Source: the human T2T-CHM13v2.0 reference genome, Homo sapiens. From it: 64,000 nt of DNA. The DNA lies in NCBI RefSeq assembly GCF_009914755.1, contig NC_060928.1. One strand, written 5' to 3'. A program made the translations under genes and the position numbers. Positions 55,600 to 64,000 of this stretch are shown here, in pieces. The notes below the pieces were generated by a model. That model made no database searches. It had not been told where the DNA came from and saw only the letters and a list, made by a program, of their open reading frames with translations. Numbering within the stretch: position 1 is the first letter of the stretch; every line of letters begins with the position of its first letter.

Positions 55600-56832
55600 A
55601 TGCTCAGGCTGTTTGTTATCCCTGTATGTTACGCCACTACCTATATTTCTCCTAAAACATTGTTTCATTACTCATTCTCTTCCTGTCTTTTGTTCAGTCT
55701 CTCTCCCCATTAGTTCTTGCTTAGATGTCTAACATCTTAAACATGTACCAACTTCTTCACAGCTCTCTCCCACCATAAAATGGAGTCTTCCTTTGTACGT
55801 ATTTATTTCTTCATCTCCCTTTTGGCTGTGAGCTCACTACTCTCTGGCCTACGCCTTAATCTCCTTTTCCAACTGTTTTTTGCTAAGTCTCCTCTGACTG
55901 AGAGGCTTGGATCTTTCAGCCTTACTGTGCCACTGTTTGTAGGAAGCTCTGCTCCCAGAGCTTACAGTAACAGCTGTCACTATATCCAGGGGGTACTTCT
56001 ACCTCCAAACAGTTCTACATCTTTTTCATCCTTTCAATGTCACATTCCCAAAGCTTCCATTGAGTTACACTCCTTATTATAGCAGTCACCACCTATCAAA
56101 AGAGCTTCTATTTTCAAATGACAGTTGGTTTCTGTATTTGTGCACAAGACTCAATGTGTAATGTGTGCAAAGTCAAACTCACTATCTCCCTGTAGCTGCA
56201 CACCCATTCTGCTCCTTTTTCTAGGCTTCATCCTCAAATGTTCTACCTTTCATGATGCCCTAAGAGTTATTCCAAAAAAATAGATCTTGCTTTCTGGATT
56301 GTCCAAGTTGCTCCTGTGTGTAAAAGCCTTCAGTAGCACCAATAGGATAAAGCGAACACCGTGAGCAGGGCAGAAAGGCCCTTAGCAAATGATTATCAAT
56401 CTGCATTTTCTGACTTTCCTCGCAGGCACTCTGCCTAGCCCTGCTCAGGTATGCTAGCCATACCTAGCCTATTTACTATTTGCCCAACAGGATTTCCCCT
56501 GTATCAGCTGTGTGCCTTTGTACATTCCTTTTTGCCTGTATGAAACATCCTTTGATCCTTCTCCATTTCTCAGAAACACACTCATATTTCATGACTCAGC
56601 TCAAATGTCACTTCCTATGCAATGCTTTCCCTGCCTCCCACGCCAAATGAGTTGTTCTCCTTCCTTTAGTCTTCATTCGACATACACTAATCACTTTGCA
56701 TTCCAATTAAATTTTTATATGCCTATTCCCGCAATTATGTGACCTTTTCAAGAAAAAGGACTGTCTAATTTATCACTGAATACCCAACGTTGCATACATA
56801 GTAGGCTCTCAATAAAAGCTTGTAGAATGATT
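55600..56832 (+). mobile_element. L2 LINE relic (sense), 3' end at ~56830
   Basis: cagctcaaatgtcacttcct...catagtaggctctcaataaa; the 5' limit is uncertain. Confidence 0.65.
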
Positions 56833-56854
56833 GGAGTGATCAGATTAGTGACTG

Positions 56855-57400
56855 AAAGCAACAAACATTCATATAATGCATATGTACATGCTCTGTGCCA
56901 GGCAGTGCTCAAGGTGTTAGGACGGGAAAGAACAGCCTTGCTAAAAATCACTGCTATCACGGGGAGCTTACATTCTAGTAGAGAAATGTGCATGATTAAT
57001 AAGACATTGATAAGCAAAGTGTACACTTAGATGGTGGCAAATGTTATGAAAAAAAATGCAGAGACAATGTAGGGAGTTCTGAGGACCGTGAGGGCTGCAA
57101 TTAGCTATCAAGAAAGGCCTTGATAAGAAGGTGATGTTTGAGAAAGACCTAAACTGTAGGAGGGAGGAAACCATGTGAATATTGAGCATCTCACCACACA
57201 GAGAGAACAGGAAGATCCAGGTAGAAACCTGTATGGGATACTTGAAGCCTGGTCCTGGAGACCAGCATGGTGGGAGAGGGGTTGGGGAGTATGGGAGTAT
57301 TAGAAAGGAAGTGTTAGGAAGAAAGTTCAGAGAAGAGGTTATGTTGTGCATGGTTTTACCCTAAGTGTCATGAGATGCCATTGGAAGACTGGCAGACAAA
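56855..57400 (-). mobile_element. L2 LINE relic (antisense)
   Basis: tgtgccaggcagtgct...ggagcttacattctag...aggtgatgtttgag. Confidence 0.65.
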
Positions 57401-57918
57401 TGGAATACTTCATAGAATTTAAAACATTTATCTTACAGTTCCAGTATGAGCAGTTACTGCCCGTAAGTTTGTAACAATAGCTTTGAAAAGAGCATCGAAG
57501 GCTCTTGATATTGTGGTTCATTTTGCCATACATATATATTTGAGGACAGCCAACATTCACAAAGATAAAAACCACATCTCCATCTGCAATAGCATGACAG
57601 TTGTGTGAGCACTAAAGGGCAGATAGGACAAATGACCCTGCCTGCATCGGTGGACAGGAAGGGAGAAAAGCATGGCTGGGAATGCAGGTATTGCACTAAG
57701 TATTGCACTAAATTAACTACATAACTGTGGATTGCTCATTGCTTTTTTATATACTGCTTAATTTGGAAGGAAGAGAGTATTTCATATAATAAATTATTGA
57801 TGCAGTTATTCTAATTGAGTAGGGTATTTCTTAGAAACTCTAGCACATTAAGATAGATAATTTTTTTGTTGATATGTGGCTTACCTGTTTTAATTTTTTG
57901 TATTTATTTGAAGAAGTG

Positions 57919-58277
<359 letters not shown>

Positions 58278-59328
58278 TAAGAACAGAAATCATTCTGTTC
58301 ATCCTCTGTCCGAATTTCTTGTTGCAATTTCATAGTTACTTTGAGCTCTACACTTTTCTGGTGAAATAGAATGAGTTTCTTAGAATTCGGTGAATCGGCT
58401 TTCAGGAAATTCTGGGAGTAAAGGATCTTTGAAAGACGAAGAAACTCAATTAAGCAGTCAACTTTATTCCAATCTGTGCTCTCAAGAGAAAGATAAAGTT
58501 CATATTTTCTAGGAAGAGTGAAAAGATAGAAGTTGAATATTAAGTTATTGGATGTCAGGGGTTTATCTTTGTGTGAAAAGAAAAAAATCTGTTTAGAATT
58601 TTTCTTCATCTTAGCCACAATTTCATTACATTATAAATAAATATATTGAAATGTATAAAATACAGCATATATATACACATACATATATAACAAAATCTTT
58701 CATTAAATGAAAGATTCATATAAATGAAATCTTTATTAAATGAATTAACAGTGGTTAAGTGCTAGATTATTTAAGAAAGTGCCACCATTGTATTTGTAAT
58801 ACCGGAATCTGTTTTGTAAGATTAGATACATCTTACATATTACTTTTTGATCATAACTCATGTGGCTCAAAACCCTAGGGTGATGTTTCTCTTGGTTTGG
58901 GCTCTACTCCCCAATTCCCTCATAATGAAACCCAGGACAATCTTTTCATGAAACCCTCCTTTCAAAATAGTGGCACCTCCTCTCTACATTGGAAATAGGT
59001 GGGCATGAAACATAAACACATATGAAAGCTACTGATAAGAAAAAAAAAAACTTAAGAAGTACGGTAGTTAAGCTTCAAGTGCCATTGTTCCTCTGCTTCT
59101 CAAGGTTAGTATCCCCCAGTGTTTCTACATGTTTCTCAGCCTTCTATCACAAAAATTTCTCCTACAATGCCTTGTCACAGCTCTTGCTGAAGGAATGGAA
59201 CATTAAGGAGGAAGAAGTAGAGAGGAGCAGGGGAAGGCAGTCTTGTGCTGCTCAAAACACTTATCAAGGTCCACTTCCTACCCACTATCCCTAGCCCTTC
59301 AAGAGGTCACTCTTCCGGCACAGGGCAC

Positions 59329-59670
59329 TTAGGCAAGAGAAAGAAATAAAGGTATTCAAATAGGAAGAGAGGGAGCCAAATTGTCTTTGTTTACTGATGA
59401 CATGATCCTATATCTAGAAAACCCCATGATTTCAGCTCCAAAGCTTCTTAAGCTGATAAGCAACTTTAGCAAAGTCTCAAGATACAAAATCAATGTGCAG
59501 AAATCACATGCATTCCTATACACCAACAACAGACAAGCAGAAACCCAAATCATGAGTGAACTCCCATTCACAATTGCCACAAAGAGAATAAAATACCTAG
59601 GAATACAGCTAACTAGGGAAGTGAAGGAACTCTTCAAGGGGAACTACAAACCACTGCTCAAGGAAACCAA
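59329..59670 (+). mobile_element. LINE-1 ORF2 reverse-transcriptase fragment (L1P-type)
   Basis: Translates [14 protein letters not shown]...YKINVQKS...IKYLGIQLT (FADD and YLG motifs). Confidence 0.92.
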
Positions 59671-60316
59671 ATATTTCATTATGCCATGTCATTTCCTAAA
59701 GGGCACCAAGACACTGATAAGGTCTCCCAACCAAGGGCATCTGAGCATGGCTATACAGTGAGATTTCCTTGAGTTTTGACTTCTCTCCCCTCCTTTGACA
59801 GCTCAGCTGTGTGCCTTACACAGACACATCTCCAAGAGTGAATCAGAAAGGGTCTTACAGAGTGGGGTGCCTTCTTCCCAATCATTCTCTTTGGAGTTCT
59901 GTTTACACCCTGCATTAAGAAAGACCCACAAGCTTCCATTCAACTTGAAAAATGAGACGTCTGTAAATTCTCCTTAATCTTGATGTTCACCATTTGGTTG
60001 AGTGCTTGCCTAAAGGAACTGCTCTCTGTTTAATAGGCACCCCTTTCTTGTATTGTATTCTAGTCTCATTAGGCACTAAGTAGGAATAGCCAAATCTCTC
60101 AGGACTTTTAGCTGGAACATCCAGATGAGGATGGGTTCTTGGCAGTACCTAATGTATGCAGCCTTAGGGAAATAGTTTTTAAATTCTTACCTGCAAAAGA
60201 TTCACTAACAGAGCTTTTAGGAAGCGCAGCTCTCCTCTGCTTATCTCAGTCATGGGCCAGGAGCTTTCACTTTTACAAAGTACACTGGGCTCTTCTTATG
60301 AAAATACTCTAGAGTA

Positions 60317-60640
60317 GCAGTGTCCAGTGAAAATATAATGCAAGTCACATATGTAATTTTTAATTTTCTAGTTGCCTTATTTATGATTATTTTTAAAAGA
60401 TGAAATTAATTTTAATTATACATATCATTTAACCTCATATATCCAGTATACTATCATTCAATATTTAATCAATGTAAAATTATTAATGAGATATTTTATA
60501 TCCTTTTAAAAATTTAATCTTCAAAATCTGATATATATTTTATAATTACAGCACCTCATATCAATTCTTACTAGCCTTGTTGTAAGTACTCAATAATCAT
60601 ATAAAGCTAGGGACTGCCATATGAGACAGCATAACTTGGG
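60317..60640. mobile_element. MER33/MER3-like hAT-Charlie element
   Basis: cagtgtcca...tataatgcaagtcacatatgtaattt...gtactcaata...gacagc. Confidence 0.7.
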
Positions 60641-61939
60641 ATAATTACATTCAAATCCAGTAAATAAACCTGCAAAGTGGAAAGGTCCAAATTCAATCAC
60701 TTGACTGTCTAAATAAGAATATGCTTTATTTTGTGTTGTCATGTGCTAAGTTCTTAAAATGAATAATATAAAATCTTACAACAGTAATATGAATTAGATA
60801 TGCTATTTAATCTATTTGGTAGAGAAAAAAATTCTCGCTTTAGATGTCGATTTGCTCAAACTCACAGAGAAGTGAGAGACAGAATTAGTTTGATGTGACC
60901 TCAGAGCATACCTGCCAACCACCCTTGAGTACCCTCTTCAACACTATGCTTGTTTCTTGTATAATTGAGTGAAATTCAGGCTTTTCTCCAATGTTAAAGT
61001 CTTATACATGATCAAGGCCATGTTTGATATAAATATATAATAAAATAGAATTCAGAGATAATGTGACTGCATTTATATATTAATCCTGTATGCCACTTGA
61101 CTTCCTAGAATTGAAATAAGCACCCTTGGAATGGAATGCTTGGGAGAATCGGCTATAAAAGCTGTGTGTTATTAAAATGCTGAAACTTTACACCAGTAGT
61201 TTTTTTCTTAGCAATTTTGTATTTCTTAAAATTCGCATTTTTTCCCCTGAGGCAATAGGAAACATTATAACAAATAATATAAAAGATCATTTAAGGATGA
61301 TTATTCATTGTTTTAAATATATGAATGATTAGATAAATAACTAAACTGATCCAATATGCAATAAAACTATAAGAGCTTCAGTTTTTCAAGAGCAAGACTC
61401 TTAACATATTATCATTCGTTCAAAGAAGGTTATTTGTCGGAAGTTATTTACTCTTCTTTTCCCTTGCTTCCTGAACTCATGATATGAACATCTTCATTTA
61501 TTTTAGTTCTAACTTGGCTGATTAAAAAAAAGGATTCCCTTTGCTTTTAATATTGCTGAATATTTGAAGATCGATTGAAGCTATTAAATTAAAATAGTTT
61601 ACCCCTTGAGGATTTTCAAAGACCAAAGAAAATATTAGTTTAAATGGAAAGCATTAGTCTTCTATTATTACTGTCTTGGACTGGATTGCATTAGATCTTC
61701 AGAGTAAGGCAGCAAGTGCTTTATAACTGTAAAGCCAGTTGTAAAATGTGGAATTAAAGCAAACACAAAATCAAACAAACATGGTATTTCTCCCAATAAT
61801 TATAAGTTTACTGGATGCTTATTTATCTGTCATTAGAATGGACATACAATCAGAACATCCCAAACTTGTTTACTCACTCCAATGAGATGGGCAGAGGTAA
61901 ATGGCAAACAGCAATTTAAATATAAATATATTTAGCCTA

Positions 61940-62219
61940 GGCCAGGCATGGTGGCTCATGCCTGCAATACCAGCACTTTGGGAGGCCTAGGCGGGCGGAT
62001 CACCTGAGGCCAGGAGTTCAAGACCAGCCTGGCCAACATGGTGAAACCCCGTCTCTACTAAAAATACAAAATTAGCCTGTAATCCCAGCTACTCAGGAGG
62101 CTGAGGCAGGAGAATCGCTTGAACCTGGGAGGCAGAGGTTGCAGTGAGCTGCCATTGCACATTGCACTCCGGCCTGGGGACAAGAGTGAAACTCCGTCTC
62201 AAAAAAATAAAAGCATAAA
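61940..62219 (+). mobile_element. AluS with short internal deletion
   Basis: TSD taaatatatttagccta (61923-61939, 62220-62236); the start of the right arm is collapsed to aattagcctgtaatccc. Confidence 0.95.
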
Positions 62220-63646
62220 TAAATATATTTAGCCTAAAATGGCTGTATTATTTTTAAATCTTTATTTTCTAATTCTGACTGTATATTGATTAGTCAATGA
62301 GTAAGATTTCTCAGAAACATATTGCTATAAAGTCTAACTACAGTTACAATTTTTCATAGATGATTCACCACAGTGATCTTTATCTAAACAATGCAGGGGA
62401 AATTATTTCGAATGTCAACAGCTCTCTTAAATTGGCCATATAAAATCATCTACTTATATGTAAGATAAACACGGAGGCTTAGAAACTTCTCAACATTGAG
62501 GTACATTCATTACAAGTCAGTAAATCAGTGTTTCACTAGCTTCAGCTGTTACCTCATGGGTATAGCTGTCTAGTCAGAAGTAGGAAATATAATCCCACAG
62601 TGCTCTGTTAGCCTGGGATTTCAGGATCCGTTTTGTTTTTGATCTCAGTATTTCTCAAATCCCTTTTCATTAATGATGAAATAGGGTCTCAATATCTTAA
62701 GCTACCATTTGGAAAGAGAAAAAGGAAGATTACACTGTTCACATCCTAGTCGTTTGTGTATCGTCTTCCGTTTCTTCTTACTTTACTATAAATACTTACT
62801 TGCATTTTGATATATTTACACATTTTGAACATTAATTCACTGTGTAACCTTTACTATTTGGAATGAAAATGAAACTGAGAAACAAGCTAAAAAGAGCACT
62901 GAGCAACTGAAAGAGGTGCTACCAAATGTATGTAGGAAATCTCACATAATTCACTGATGTCTAAATCCTCACTCGGAGCTTGTTTCTTTTCATTTAATCT
63001 ATGACTGTACTAAATATACTTACTTTCCTACTCTTAACTTTGTTAAAGCAGCCAATTAGGATTTGAAAGATCCTAATCTTTCAGGCATTAGTAAGACATA
63101 CATATTTCAATTTCAGTAGTAAATGATACCCATATGTAAGGAAAATATGTGTCCAGGAGAGAATCCTTACCTGGATTCGTAAAGTTACACACACTTCATT
63201 GACATCAGATGGCCCTGACCCAGCATATGTAGTATTTGTAATGATAATGAGTCTTCATGTATTCTGCAAGAATTCAGATCAAGGTGCAATGCGTTTAACC
63301 ACACAAATGGTTAAACGTATGCTTAATGGGTACTTTACCATATAGTTTTAATTTCCATTAGCATCAACGAGCCATCCTTGTATCTAACTTTAAGTAGTGG
63401 TTCAGGAATATAGTTTTATAAACTGTTTATCATTTATCATTTATCCCAAGATATTTATTTATGCAACAGTGCCTAGTCAATTCTTGACTGAAGATTACCC
63501 AAACATGTGAAAATAAATGTTACTGTTAAATCTTTATATGACATTGAAAGAAACGAAGTTTGTAAATGCACTGTGTTAACTTTGAAATACCAGCCTTAGG
63601 TTTCACTAGATCTTTATTGGTATATGAGATGAAGACCTAAGTCTAA

Positions 63647-63997
<351 letters not shown>

Positions 63998-64000
63998 TGG

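Overview
This is primate (very probably human) genomic DNA containing the 5' end of PCDH7 (protocadherin-7/BH-protocadherin, a delta-1 protocadherin) on the + strand. From 1 to ~15.5 kb it is AT-rich intergenic sequence with old LTR, L1, Alu, MIR and DNA-transposon relics. A CpG-island promoter domain spans ~16-22 kb. One giant coding exon starts at ATG 20402 and encodes the signal peptide, 7 cadherin repeats, the TM helix and the proximal tail. It either reads through its donor to give a 1072-aa form, or splices at 23575 to a small terminal exon at 29732 to give a 1069-aa form ending MRLHPYITVFG. The remaining ~34 kb is intron leading to further exons outside the window. Almost all other ORFs in the track are repeat-derived or GC-driven noise. 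I found no convincing new biological system. The best leads are: an AluY that kept its CpGs beside a CpG-enriched intronic element, a candidate in-frame exitron in EC2, a uORF-rich leader, a (CAG)12/G20 cluster with splice signals, and isoform-specific 3' UTR logic. Repeat subfamily names and boundaries were assigned by eye from remembered consensus sequences and are approximate.
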